A stretch of 61,774 nucleotides of DNA, counting the filler, from Bdellovibrionota bacterium (GTDB lineage Bacteria; Bdellovibrionota; Bdellovibrionia; Bdellovibrionales; JAEYZS01), in NCBI GenBank assembly GCA_963169515.1. It is 5 parts of 5 records of this genome, joined end to end, with 100 filler letters (N's around TTAATTAATTAA, not from the genome) between each part and the next. Parts side by side here need not be neighbours in the genome. Positions count along the whole stretch, not along the records: positions 16,421 to 27,400 come from CAUJEF010000136.1; positions 27,501 to 53,971 come from CAUJEF010000137.1; 3 more parts are not named here. One strand, given 5' to 3'. The position numbers were made by a program, and so were the translations under genes. Below are positions 19,732-29,643 of the stretch, piece after piece. Under the pieces are notes generated by a model. The model was not told the DNA's origin, made no database searches, and saw only the letters and a program-made list of their open reading frames with translations. Position 1 is the stretch's first letter, and every line of letters starts with the position of its first letter.

Positions 19732-21534
19732 TCATTTTTCTGACAGCTCCGTCCAGCGGGCGTATTTTCTTTCGATTTCCGACTGAAGCGCACCGATATC
19801 GGTATAAATTTTTTGAAGTTTTTTGGAATCGCTTAAAACTTCCAGAAGAGTACTTTGTGCCGTCAGTTCTTCCAGTTGTTTTTCTAAAGTCTGAATGGTT
19901 GATTCCATATTATCCAGTTCAAATTTTTCTTTGTAGGATAATTTCTTTTTTAATTTTACGGGCTTTTCTGATAACGGTTTTGTCGCATTTTGCTGGCCTA
20001 GGCTCTGGTACCATTCTTCCCATTGCATATAGCTCGAAAATTTTTGCAATCGCCGATCGGACATATAGTCCGGTGGAAACGCCAAAATCTGGTTGGCCAC
20101 AGCGTCCATAAAGTAACGGTCATGGGTTACTAAAATCACTGCCCCGTTAAACTCTGTTAGAGCACTTTCTAAAACATCCAGAGTATCTGCATCCAAATCG
20201 TTTGTGGGCTCGTCCAGGATTAAAACTTGGGCTTCTTTTAGCATTAACTGTGCAATCCGCAGTCGCGCCTGTTCGCCACCCGATAGCTTTGCAACAGGCA
20301 GTTCAGCCTTTTCATGGGAAAATAAAAACCGATCCAAATAGCTTCGTGCGTGCATAGAACTTCCGCGATAGCTTACAAAATCACCTTCGGAACAGATATT
20401 TTTAAATACACTCAAATTCGGTTTTAGAGTTTCACGCGTTTGTTCAAAATAAGAAATCTTAATATCCCCAGCCGCTGACGAAACCGTGGCACCAATTTTG
20501 ACTGTGCCCGTGTCTGGCTTTTCCATCCCCAGCAAGACTCGAATCAAAGTCGATTTCCCAGATCCGTTATGTCCCAACAAAGCCAATCGCGTTTTGGGAG
20601 TAATGACCAAATCAAGGTCTTGAAATAAAAGTTTGTCGTAGGTCTTTGAAATTGCCTTTGCCTCGATTAATTTCCTAGGGGATTTTTCGATTTCGCCAAA
20701 ATCTAAATCGACAGATTGATGACGATTTTTTATTTGTAGATCGCTTACCTTTTCTGCCAAATCGCGCGCCCCATCTATTCGAGCCTTTTGTTTTGTCTGC
20801 CTGGCTTGAGCCCCACGGCGCAACCATTCCGTTTCTCGGCGCAATGTATTTTTCAAAACTGTTTCTTGTCGCTTTAGGGCATTTAATTCGTATTTTTTGG
20901 CTTCTAAAAATTGGACATAGCCCCCAGCAACACTCAAAATGTAATTTGGGTTTTTAGGATCAAGGTCGATAATTCGAGTCGCCACCCGAGTCAAAAATAA
21001 ACGATCGTGAGTTATCATTAAAATGGAGGCTGACGTTGATTTTAAAAATTCTTCAAGCCACAAAATACTGGCAACATCCAAATGGTTCGTAGGCTCATCA
21101 AGCAGCAACAGCTCCGGTTCTAAAACCAACTCACGAGCCAACGCGACCCGCTTCTGCCAACCACCGGATAGTTTTAAAACTTCAAAGTCTTCCCCAAACG
21201 ATGTCAGCTCTAACAGTCCCATTAACTCGTAGGCCTTGGCATAAGCATCTTCTGGATGTGGGCATTTTGAAATAATACATGATAAAATGCTCTCGCCGAC
21301 CTTAAACTGGGGTGTTTGCTCCAGATACCCTAGGCGCAACCCCTTTTTCCTTGTAACCAGGCCACCGTCAGAATCTATAGCGCCAGAGAGAATTTTTAAG
21401 AGCGTCGTTTTGCCCGCTCCGTTGGGCCCGATCAAACCCACGCGCTCTTTACTGTCGACGCTAAAGCTGACCTTCTTGAATAAGGTTTTGTTTGCAAAGC
21501 TCTTTTCCAATTCATGGCAGTTTATGAGAATCAT
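19732..21534 (-). CDS. uup: ABC-F family ATPase Uup
   Basis: Two ABC domains (LSGGWQKR, LSGGEQAR), EWLRRGAQARQTKQKAR linker, KKLSYKEKFEL C-terminal coil. Confidence 0.88.
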   Translation of the reverse strand: MILINCHELEKSFANKTLFKKVSFSVDSKERVGLIGPNGAGKTTLLKILSGAIDSDGGLVTRKKGLRLGYLEQTPQFKVGESILSCIISKCPHPEDAYAKAYELMGLLELTSFGEDFEVLKLSGGWQKRVALARELVLEPELLLLDEPTNHLDVASILWLEEFLKSTSASILMITHDRLFLTRVATRIIDLDPKNPNYILSVAGGYVQFLEAKKYELNALKRQETVLKNTLRRETEWLRRGAQARQTKQKARIDGARDLAEKVSDLQIKNRHQSVDLDFGEIEKSPRKLIEAKAISKTYDKLLFQDLDLVITPKTRLALLGHNGSGKSTLIRVLLGMEKPDTGTVKIGATVSSAAGDIKISYFEQTRETLKPNLSVFKNICSEGDFVSYRGSSMHARSYLDRFLFSHEKAELPVAKLSGGEQARLRIAQLMLKEAQVLILDEPTNDLDADTLDVLESALTEFNGAVILVTHDRYFMDAVANQILAFPPDYMSDRRLQKFSSYMQWEEWYQSLGQQNATKPLSEKPVKLKKKLSYKEKFELDNMESTIQTLEKQLEELTAQSTLLEVLSDSKKLQKIYTDIGALQSEIERKYARWTELSEK

Positions 21535-21691
21535 TCATGATGAACCTACCCGAAGAGTCATCACGATTCTACACAATTTTCTGATTTGTTCTCGCCCATG
21601 GTCCAGATTCCACCGCCTTTTTATCTAGGCAAATGCCCACTTTGGCAAAGTCTGCAAAACTTTTTATGGATCACCACTTAAGGGGGGAGCT

Positions 21692-23023
21692 ATGGGGAAG
21701 TTTCTACTTAGTTTTTTATTTGCTCTGATCTCAAATGCTGGGGATTTACAAAAAACCCCTCCCGCATTCGTGAACGGAGATAAAAAATTTATTTTTGTCG
21801 ATTTTGAAAAAGCTGAATACAATATCGCCTTTGATATCACGACCCAAAAAACAATGGTTCACTCTGTGATTCGATTTGCAACGATCGAAAATGGATTTCC
21901 ATTATTTGATTCTGTTCATGCACCAACAAAAAGCTTCCTTGATGGCGAAGTGGTTCAAACGGCGGGCGTAATCGATCCTACCAATCAAACCGCCTACATT
22001 GGCATCAACAAAATGGTACCGGCGGGCACCCATGTGCTTGAAGTTGACACTCCACTTTTAACAGGAGTCAAATACGATGCAACCGGGGTTCGAAGCGGTT
22101 TTTTTATGTCAGACCTGGACGACAGACAGTTTCTTGAGCTCTATGTTCCTGCAAACTTAGAATACGATCAATTTCAAATGGTCTTCAACGTAACAGTAAA
22201 AGGTGCAGTTACTGAGCATGAATTTTTCACAAATGGCATGGTCAAAAACATATCAAACAATCAATGGCAAATTACTTACCCAAGCCGTTATGTCTCTTCA
22301 AGCATATATTTTCATATGGCACCAAAGGGCGCTTTTAGAGTCATTTCCGATCGCTTTAAATCAGTCGATGGCCGATCCATTTCTGTAACAGTCTATGGAA
22401 TCGGTAGCGACCTTCAAAATTTCCAATTCAAAGCGAAGAAAGTGTTTGATGAACTCGAAATGGATTATGGCCCATGGCTACATAATAGCCTTACCATTTA
22501 CGCTGGCCCCATCGATGGCGGAATGGAATATTGTGGCGCTACGATAACAAACCTTTGGGCGCTCGGGCATGAAATGGCCCACAGTTATTTCGCACGTGGA
22601 TTTATGCCTGCAAATGGCAATAGCGGTTGGATGGATGAAGCCATCGCAAGCTGGCGCGACAACGGGTATCCGCAACAAAGCTCCCTTACCGACCATACTG
22701 ATATGGCAAATCAATCTCCTTATTTAAGAATCACGGATTATCGCGCTTATAACGCTGGGGCGCGCTTCATTGCACACTTGGATTATTTGTCACAAGCTAA
22801 TGGTGGATTGAAATTGTTTTTGAAAAACCTTGCGCAAACACATTCCTTTGACCCGGCGTTCACGCAAGATTTTCAAGGCTTGCTTGAAAGTTTTAACGGC
22901 AAGAGCCTGCAAAATGAATTCAATCAAGGGGTCTATGGATATGCTGGAAATGACAAGCCTACAAAGCGACGCAGTCCATTCCACCCAAAGTTGACCCAAA
23001 AACAATTAGATAATTTACTCTAA
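21692..23023 (+). CDS. Secreted M1-family (gluzincin) metallopeptidase
   Basis: GGMEY exopeptidase motif, HEMAH, downstream WMDE. Confidence 0.8.
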   Translation: MGKFLLSFLFALISNAGDLQKTPPAFVNGDKKFIFVDFEKAEYNIAFDITTQKTMVHSVIRFATIENGFPLFDSVHAPTKSFLDGEVVQTAGVIDPTNQTAYIGINKMVPAGTHVLEVDTPLLTGVKYDATGVRSGFFMSDLDDRQFLELYVPANLEYDQFQMVFNVTVKGAVTEHEFFTNGMVKNISNNQWQITYPSRYVSSSIYFHMAPKGAFRVISDRFKSVDGRSISVTVYGIGSDLQNFQFKAKKVFDELEMDYGPWLHNSLTIYAGPIDGGMEYCGATITNLWALGHEMAHSYFARGFMPANGNSGWMDEAIASWRDNGYPQQSSLTDHTDMANQSPYLRITDYRAYNAGARFIAHLDYLSQANGGLKLFLKNLAQTHSFDPAFTQDFQGLLESFNGKSLQNEFNQGVYGYAGNDKPTKRRSPFHPKLTQKQLDNLL

Positions 23024-23487
23024 TTCCCGATGGGGCATTTGATCAGCAGCCCCTTTTTTGGTTTTTCAGGTTGCAGTCGAACCTTCCCCTTGGCACATAA
23101 CCATTTTGGAATCCACTCCGGAATTTCAAACGTCCTCGCATCATCATAGTATTCTTCTATATAATCTCCAAGATCCTCATGCTTCCGCATTTTAATTTGA
23201 AAATCTTGAGCCTCTACAAATCGATATTTGGCCTCATCTTCCTTTAGCTTTTCTAATTTTGGAGAAATGTCGATAATGCTTTTTAAATTCTTGTTTGAAA
23301 AATACTGCTTTTGACATTTTTCACATTCAATAAATTTCACGGCTGCTTCTGTAGCCTTTTGGGCCGCAGGATCAAACCAAACCTTCTCAAGATCTACATT
23401 TTCTTCTTCCTTCTGCACAGGGGTCTTTGTAGGCTCTTCAGCTTTTACGGCCAAGCTAACAAAAATAAGAAGTAACAAAATTTTCAT
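23020..23487 (-). CDS. Secreted hypothetical protein
   Basis: Signal peptide; 155 aa; CxxC. Confidence 0.6.
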   Translation of the reverse strand: MKILLLLIFVSLAVKAEEPTKTPVQKEEENVDLEKVWFDPAAQKATEAAVKFIECEKCQKQYFSNKNLKSIIDISPKLEKLKEDEAKYRFVEAQDFQIKMRKHEDLGDYIEEYYDDARTFEIPEWIPKWLCAKGKVRLQPEKPKKGLLIKCPIGN

Positions 23488-23505
23488 TCTGCTTTTGATT
23501 TTAAA

Positions 23506-26220
23506 TCAATTTGGTGGGTGGTTAAAGGCCAGTTTGCCTGTCCTATTCCATCGATCTGAACTCGCATGTTTTGCCAGACAGCTCTGGAACTCTTTAAGAT
23601 TGATTGGTTTACAGAGATAATCATCAAATCCGCTACTTAAACAGTGTTCTTTGTCCCCTTTCATTGCATGGGCCGTAAGTGCAATTATCAGTTCGTTATA
23701 ATTTTTTGTCCTCAATGTTTTTACTGCTTCGTAGCCATCCATTCCCGGCATTTGGATGTCCATCAAAACCAGGTTGTAAGAATTTTGAAGGACCTTCCGA
23801 ACGCCCTCGGCACCTGTCTCGGCCTCATCGACCTCAAGCCCACCTATCCGGGCAATAAAGTGATGTATAAGGGCTCGATTATCCGCTGAGTCATCGACGA
23901 CCAAAATGCGTCCCTTAGCACGGAATGGAACAGCCTCGGATACTAATGGCGCAACCTCAAACCCACTCCCATACTGCGAAACAATTTCAATAGTCATAAC
24001 AAAACGGCTACCTTGGCCCGGAACACTTTCAGCAAGAACCAGGTCTCCACCCAAAAGCTGCGCAAGTTTCTTTGAAAGAAACAATCCCAAACCTGTTCCG
24101 CCAAATCTTCGCGTCATGGAACTATCCGCCTGGCTGAACGGCTGGAACAATCTCCGGGCCTGTTCCTCTGTAATACCGATGCCCGTGTCCACCACCGTAA
24201 TTTTTAATGTTTCCTGACTGTTCCGAATCAATTCAACCTTGACTTCAATTTTTCCCCGTTCGGTAAATTTAATAGCATTTCCAATAACATTTATTAGGAT
24301 TTGTCTTAATCGAGTCGGATCCGTAATAATTCGATCAGGCAATTTCGATTGGACACTAACTATAAGCTCGATAGGTTTTTCTTCTATCTGTGCCTGTAGC
24401 AAAGATGTCACGTCCTTGATCAGCGGTGCCAATGCAAACGGGACCTTTTCGATAAAGATGCGCTCTGATTCCACCTTTGAAATGTCTAAAATTTCGTCGA
24501 CTATTCTTAATAGCTGCTGGCCATTCCTGCGGATCGTATTAGCGAATTCGCTTTGATCAGATGGTAAATTGCTGTTTTGAAGCATTAGCTCAGCAAAGCC
24601 CAGCATCGCTCCTAATGGGGTACGAATTTCATGGCTCATATTTGCCAAGAACGCACTCTTTGCGCGGTTTGCCTCTTGAGCCCGCGTGTAAAGCCGCGCA
24701 TTTTCCAATGAATAAAATGTTCGCCTTGCTAAATCTTCGGCAATTGACAAATGAATATCTGTGTATGACCGCGTGGTTGAGATAAGCGTAATAGCTCCAA
24801 TAATTTTCCCATAGTTTTTTATCGGTACAATAATCACAGATTTTATTCCAATACTTTTTGCCAGTTTAAACTGATCCTCTGACCTGCATCCGCTTCGCAA
24901 ATGTTCATCTGTGCAATCGGTAATCATTTTCGATATTCCCAGCTGAAGGGCTCGCGTAATACTCGAGTCCCTATGCCAATCAATCGGATATTTTTCTTTA
25001 AGCTCAGAAAGTAATTTCATTTTCTCTGGGTCTCGATGCTTGACTACAGAACTTTCATCCTCACCCATGTCATTAAGCACATCAATAACACACCAATCCG
25101 CAAAATCTGGCACTACAACGTCCGCAAACGACGTAAGCATTTTTTTCGTATCTAACGACTGCGTAAGGGCCGCACTCACTCGCGCAAGAAATTTTAATTT
25201 TTCGCTAGAGGCCTGTTCGCGAATCAAAGCAATTCTTTGTTGTTCGATTTGTTTTTGTTGGGTGACGTCTTCAGAAATGGTTAACAGGTACTCCGGCTCG
25301 TGGCTAGCGTTCACGATGGGAATCTTTTTTGTGTGAAGATACCGAACCTCTCCGTTTAGGTTCAGTGGCTCTTCCGGGATGTCAACAGCTGAACCTTGGG
25401 CAAAAACAGCTCTGTCTTTTTTTGCAAAAAGATCTGCTTCCGCTTTGGAAAGTAAATCATAGTCACTTTTCCCAATTATTTCTTCCTGTGGATGTCCCAA
25501 CAGCCTCTCAGATGCCCTATTGATGCGAACGTAACGCAGTTCTTTAGCATCTTTTACAAAAATCATGTGCGGAATGTTTTCAATTACAGAGTCCAGGAAT
25601 TGTTGAGCTTGTTTAGACCTTTCCGACTCTTTTTCCCGATCCTCAACTGCCTTTTTTAGGTCTTCGTTCAGCTTCTGTAATTGCTGCGTTCGGATTGCCA
25701 CACGCTCTTCCAGCATCGAACGCGCCTCTGCAAGTTCCCTTTCGTGCAATTTACGCTCAGTAATATCAACTACAAACCCAATAAAATTTCGCTGGCCGAC
25801 CCGTGTTGCGCCCACCAGAACAGAAACACGCTGCCCATCTGATCGAATATATTCTTTTTCAAATGGCGCAACGAATCCGCTACCCAATCCCTCTATCAAC
25901 GCCACTCGGCCCCGGCCTTCGAATTCTGGCGGAGTCAGCTTTTTCCAATTTAATTTTCCAGCTAATAAATCTTCCCTGCTGTATTTAACCAAATTCAAAA
26001 AGTAGTCATTTGCGCTGAAAATCTGTCCTTCAGCATCTGAAAAAAGAAAGCCCATCATGTTGGATTCAAAAATGTGATTAAATTTTAATTTAGACTCTGC
26101 GAGAGTTTTCTTTATGCTTTCGATTGCCTCATTATGACTGGGTTCACGCTTGCCGCGCCAAAATGCCGATACAAGCCTCGAGGCCAAGATTTGGTTGAAG
26201 AAAAAGAAACTTTTTTTCAT
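23506..26220 (-). CDS. PAS-PAS-GAF hybrid sensor histidine kinase / response regulator
   Basis: FLANMSHEIRTPL H-box, GNAIKFT, GGTGLGL, receiver VLMDIQMP. Confidence 0.93.
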   Translation of the reverse strand: MKKSFFFFNQILASRLVSAFWRGKREPSHNEAIESIKKTLAESKLKFNHIFESNMMGFLFSDAEGQIFSANDYFLNLVKYSREDLLAGKLNWKKLTPPEFEGRGRVALIEGLGSGFVAPFEKEYIRSDGQRVSVLVGATRVGQRNFIGFVVDITERKLHERELAEARSMLEERVAIRTQQLQKLNEDLKKAVEDREKESERSKQAQQFLDSVIENIPHMIFVKDAKELRYVRINRASERLLGHPQEEIIGKSDYDLLSKAEADLFAKKDRAVFAQGSAVDIPEEPLNLNGEVRYLHTKKIPIVNASHEPEYLLTISEDVTQQKQIEQQRIALIREQASSEKLKFLARVSAALTQSLDTKKMLTSFADVVVPDFADWCVIDVLNDMGEDESSVVKHRDPEKMKLLSELKEKYPIDWHRDSSITRALQLGISKMITDCTDEHLRSGCRSEDQFKLAKSIGIKSVIIVPIKNYGKIIGAITLISTTRSYTDIHLSIAEDLARRTFYSLENARLYTRAQEANRAKSAFLANMSHEIRTPLGAMLGFAELMLQNSNLPSDQSEFANTIRRNGQQLLRIVDEILDISKVESERIFIEKVPFALAPLIKDVTSLLQAQIEEKPIELIVSVQSKLPDRIITDPTRLRQILINVIGNAIKFTERGKIEVKVELIRNSQETLKITVVDTGIGITEEQARRLFQPFSQADSSMTRRFGGTGLGLFLSKKLAQLLGGDLVLAESVPGQGSRFVMTIEIVSQYGSGFEVAPLVSEAVPFRAKGRILVVDDSADNRALIHHFIARIGGLEVDEAETGAEGVRKVLQNSYNLVLMDIQMPGMDGYEAVKTLRTKNYNELIIALTAHAMKGDKEHCLSSGFDDYLCKPINLKEFQSCLAKHASSDRWNRTGKLAFNHPPN

Positions 26221-26323
26221 GTGTTAAAGACTTTTCTCGTTAAAAACTGAATTTTATTCGAAAAGAGGCAAAATCCCTATATCAATCATAGGGTTTGAAG
26301 ATATCGTAAAGACACTTGGGACT

Positions 26324-27160
26324 CTAGCGCACCAGGCGGACTTGATTTTCAAAGATTTCCAATGCCTTACCACGATTCATGAGGGTTACTGATTCAATAT
26401 AAGGCCGATGTTCGGCGATTTTCTTTTGAACTGCCGCTATATCTTCACGATTGATTTCAGCAACGTCCACCTTGTAGACATGAACGACGACACGAGTCCT
26501 CCGGGGGCGGCACTGGTCACATTTCGAAGTTTTTACACCTAAAATACGTGTTAAATATACGATGCTTTTAAACGTGTGCTCATAATAATTAGGCCAGCGA
26601 TCGCGTTGAAAGCTAAAACTTCGATTCTCTGCAAACCTCTGCCCCGTTAGGCTATTGAACCATGGCCTCTCGCTCAAAGAATAATGATAGGCTTTTGAAA
26701 TTGCCAGATCTGTTGCCCCCCGCCAGTCGTAGTCCGTCCCCTTAAGAGAGTAATTCGCAATGGGTTCATTGTCTTGAGAATAAACAATGCCATCAAACCC
26801 AGGCACAAAAATTTGGTCATATTTAGAAAGAAAAAGAAGTTTTTCATTGCGTGGCAACAGTACAAGGCGTGCGTATTGGTCTGATTGTTTGAGCTCGCTT
26901 ACGATCTGCTCATCTTCAAGCTTAAATTCTTTGAGCGCAAAGAGCGGCGAACGATCCGACATTATCCGTACATCGCGGTCTGTGAGCCGAACATCTCGTG
27001 CCGTGACAGCGTCATACTCGTGAAAAAACATGGATGAAATATCTGCGCGCGAAAAAGAAATTTTAGGCTCGTAAGAAAAAAAGGCCTCACAAACATTATT
27101 AAGCGTTCGTGCCCCGCAGGTTGAACCTATGCAAACCCCTAAAACAGCCCCTAAAATCAT
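26324..27160 (-). CDS. Secreted hypothetical protein, possible nuclease-fold domain
   Basis: Signal-like N-terminus from ATG 27160; PGFDG..NYSLK motif. Confidence 0.55.
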   Translation of the reverse strand: MILGAVLGVCIGSTCGARTLNNVCEAFFSYEPKISFSRADISSMFFHEYDAVTARDVRLTDRDVRIMSDRSPLFALKEFKLEDEQIVSELKQSDQYARLVLLPRNEKLLFLSKYDQIFVPGFDGIVYSQDNEPIANYSLKGTDYDWRGATDLAISKAYHYSLSERPWFNSLTGQRFAENRSFSFQRDRWPNYYEHTFKSIVYLTRILGVKTSKCDQCRPRRTRVVVHVYKVDVAEINREDIAAVQKKIAEHRPYIESVTLMNRGKALEIFENQVRLVR

Positions 27161-27281
27161 TACCCTCAAATGTCCCGCCTCGCTAAAGAAAGTTATAGGG
27201 AGTGCCGTAGCGTATGGCAACGGCAGCACTGTGACTGTGAAACCTTTACTTTTATCCCAGACTTAGATTACTATCTTTTTT

Positions 27282-27400
27282 ATGACAATTCCTGAAATAC
27301 TAAGAACTTACAAAAAAATAGCTGTCATCGGGCTCAGCCCCGATGAAAGCCGACCCAGTAACGGTGTCACTCGATACATGATCGCTCATGGCTACGAAAT
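27282..27400 (+). CDS. CoA-binding protein (YccU-like), truncated
   Basis: Translated by hand: MTIPEILRTYKKIAVIGLSPDESRPSNGVTRYMIAHGYE. Confidence 0.8.
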
Positions 27401-27500
27401 NNNNNNNNNNNNNNNNNNNNNNNNNNNNNNNNNNNNNNNNNNNNTTAATTAATTAANNNNNNNNNNNNNNNNNNNNNNNNNNNNNNNNNNNNNNNNNNNN
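27401..27500. other. Artificial contig-joining spacer
   Basis: N run, TTAATTAATTAA, N run. Confidence 0.98.
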
Positions 27501-27870
27501 GCATATTTTCAACTTGAAATTTTAAACAATTCCACAGAGATCGAACATTCACATCCATCACATTGTCGAAATCCTCCAGTGAAAGTTTCGAAATCGCGCT
27601 CCATTTTCCCTCAGTCCCCGCGCTATTGACTGCAACATGAATGGGGCCCATTGTCTTAAAGCTTCTTTCAACGGCCTTTGTGTCGGTTACATCCAAAATC
27701 TCAAAGGTTACATTTTTCTGACAATCCTTTGCTGTTTTTTTTAAATCCTTTTCAGATCGGGCCACCAAATGGACCGATGCACCCAGCTCAGAAAATGCAA
27801 GCGCACAGGCGCGACCAATGCCACGGCTTGCCCCAGATATCCATATTTTTTTATTTTTAAATTCGTACAT
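27501..27870 (-). CDS. SDR family oxidoreductase, truncated
   Basis: SGASRGIG, VNSAG. Confidence 0.88.
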
Positions 27871-29539
27871 AGGGTGCCACATCCGGATATTTTTTTATTG
27901 TTTCTCGTACATTTGTACGAACGGATTCATACAGTGGGCCATTCCATTTTCTTTTGCTGGACAGCTGTAAAATTTCAAATCTCAAAAGCCATGCGTCTGG
28001 AAACTCTTCTGCCTTTTTAAGCAAATCCTTCAGTTGATTTTCAGTGTACTCTCCGCCACCGGCCCATTTATTCACTTGATCATACAATTTGAATAATTTG
28101 TTTTCGGCACTTGAGTATTTGGGAGCAGGCAATTTTTTGGCTACAAAATCATCGGCCTGTCCATAAGCTTTTCGATCCGCAGCGCCGCCAAATACAGAAG
28201 TGACCGACGTCCCTATTGCAAGATCATAGGTGCCCCATTCACGTAAAAATAATTTTTCATTGATCCACTGAACATTGCAATCTGTGAATGATAGCACAAG
28301 GATACGGCCACTACGTTTTGTGATTTTTTTTAGCTTGCCCTCAACAATAACGCCAGATTCATACATCAATCGCACAGGTTTACCAGCTACGATCCCCTTT
28401 TCTTTTAATGCTCGCGTCCCCAAGCGCGAAATATCTCCAATATTTTTTATCGGCCCAATCGCTGTTCCAAAGCCTTGTGGATGTTGTCTTTTTCCCTGCC
28501 CGACAATCTCTTTTCCAGAGTAGGCCAGCTGGCATGGCCCCGAGAGCTGAACATAAATCGGCTTGTTATCGAGTTCATAGAACTTGCTGAGAACACCTGA
28601 GATTTGAACCCCAGAAGACAATTCAATTGTATTTACGGTCTCTGCGTCTTTCATGCGTTTTAAGCCGCTTATACCACCTATTTTATAGGACAGCATGTTT
28701 TCTAAGTCTCGCAGTCCAGACTCTAATTCTTTAAAATTTTTTGTCACAAATAGTTGTGGTTGCGGGTCTGTAATGTCGTATGGAAAATTTGTGCAATCAA
28801 TTGAAAATGGAATTTTTCGAACGTGCGGCTTTAGGCAGTTTTGGCTTTCGCCCACTGATGACAACAGCCCTGCTCCAAATATTTTATTGTCACCCACAAG
28901 ACCATATTCTGTCGTCCACCATGCCATCCTAGATAGTAAAACAGCTTCGGTTGGTTCCGCAATGGCCTCATTTGCCGCTCTTAAGCGTTGATAGGCATTG
29001 TCTACGGAGTCTTTGGTTGCGCTTGGATTTTCTTTTAAATCTGAAAGCTCACGAACAGCCTCATACTGTTCTAAGTCCTTCTTTGTGATAATGGCCTTGC
29101 GGGCGACCTCAGCATAGCGACGTAGATAGCGCGAATACGTTTTATTTGAAAGCATCGGAGCGTGTCCCGCAGCCTCATGTACAATATCCGGAGCTGGAGT
29201 ATAATCCAAATTTTCTACCCGCCGCATTTCTGTCGCAATTGGAAGCACACCATGTGATTGCAATTCCATAAATGCTGCCGGGGGGATAAAACCACTTACA
29301 CATCCCGCGCGCCATCCAAACTTTTTCAAGCACCGGTCAATGTAGCCTATGCTCGGAATTTTATTAAGGGTAATCCCCGTTTTCTTTAAACCCCTTTTAT
29401 ACGCAGGATGGGCATTTTCATTCAAAAAACTTGTCAGTTCGCGCATGATAAATCGCCAAACCGCGTGGTCTTCTGGCGTGTAGCGCTTATAGTTCTGCTT
29501 TACCAGGTATCTTTTTAAATGATTCGGAAGTTTCCCCAT
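27857..29539 (-). CDS. phhA: Aromatic amino acid (phenylalanine 4-) hydroxylase, long form
   Basis: YTPAPDIVHEAAGHAP, WWTTEYG iron ligands, GAGLLSS. Confidence 0.88.
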   Translation of the reverse strand: MGKLPNHLKRYLVKQNYKRYTPEDHAVWRFIMRELTSFLNENAHPAYKRGLKKTGITLNKIPSIGYIDRCLKKFGWRAGCVSGFIPPAAFMELQSHGVLPIATEMRRVENLDYTPAPDIVHEAAGHAPMLSNKTYSRYLRRYAEVARKAIITKKDLEQYEAVRELSDLKENPSATKDSVDNAYQRLRAANEAIAEPTEAVLLSRMAWWTTEYGLVGDNKIFGAGLLSSVGESQNCLKPHVRKIPFSIDCTNFPYDITDPQPQLFVTKNFKELESGLRDLENMLSYKIGGISGLKRMKDAETVNTIELSSGVQISGVLSKFYELDNKPIYVQLSGPCQLAYSGKEIVGQGKRQHPQGFGTAIGPIKNIGDISRLGTRALKEKGIVAGKPVRLMYESGVIVEGKLKKITKRSGRILVLSFTDCNVQWINEKLFLREWGTYDLAIGTSVTSVFGGAADRKAYGQADDFVAKKLPAPKYSSAENKLFKLYDQVNKWAGGGEYTENQLKDLLKKAEEFPDAWLLRFEILQLSSKRKWNGPLYESVRTNVRETIKKYPDVAPYVRI

Positions 29540-29643
29540 AACAGAAGACTATTCAATATTACTGCTATTGTCTATGTACCATAACCGTGTTAAACCAATC
29601 GCGGGTCGTTGCAGCAACCTTTGGCTTGCAAAAAGGAGAAGGC

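Noticed and set aside
21640..21660. TGGCAAAGTCTGCA upstream of the M1 peptidase as a sigma54 promoter
   Set aside because: GG-to-GC spacing is 8 bp, not the required 10.
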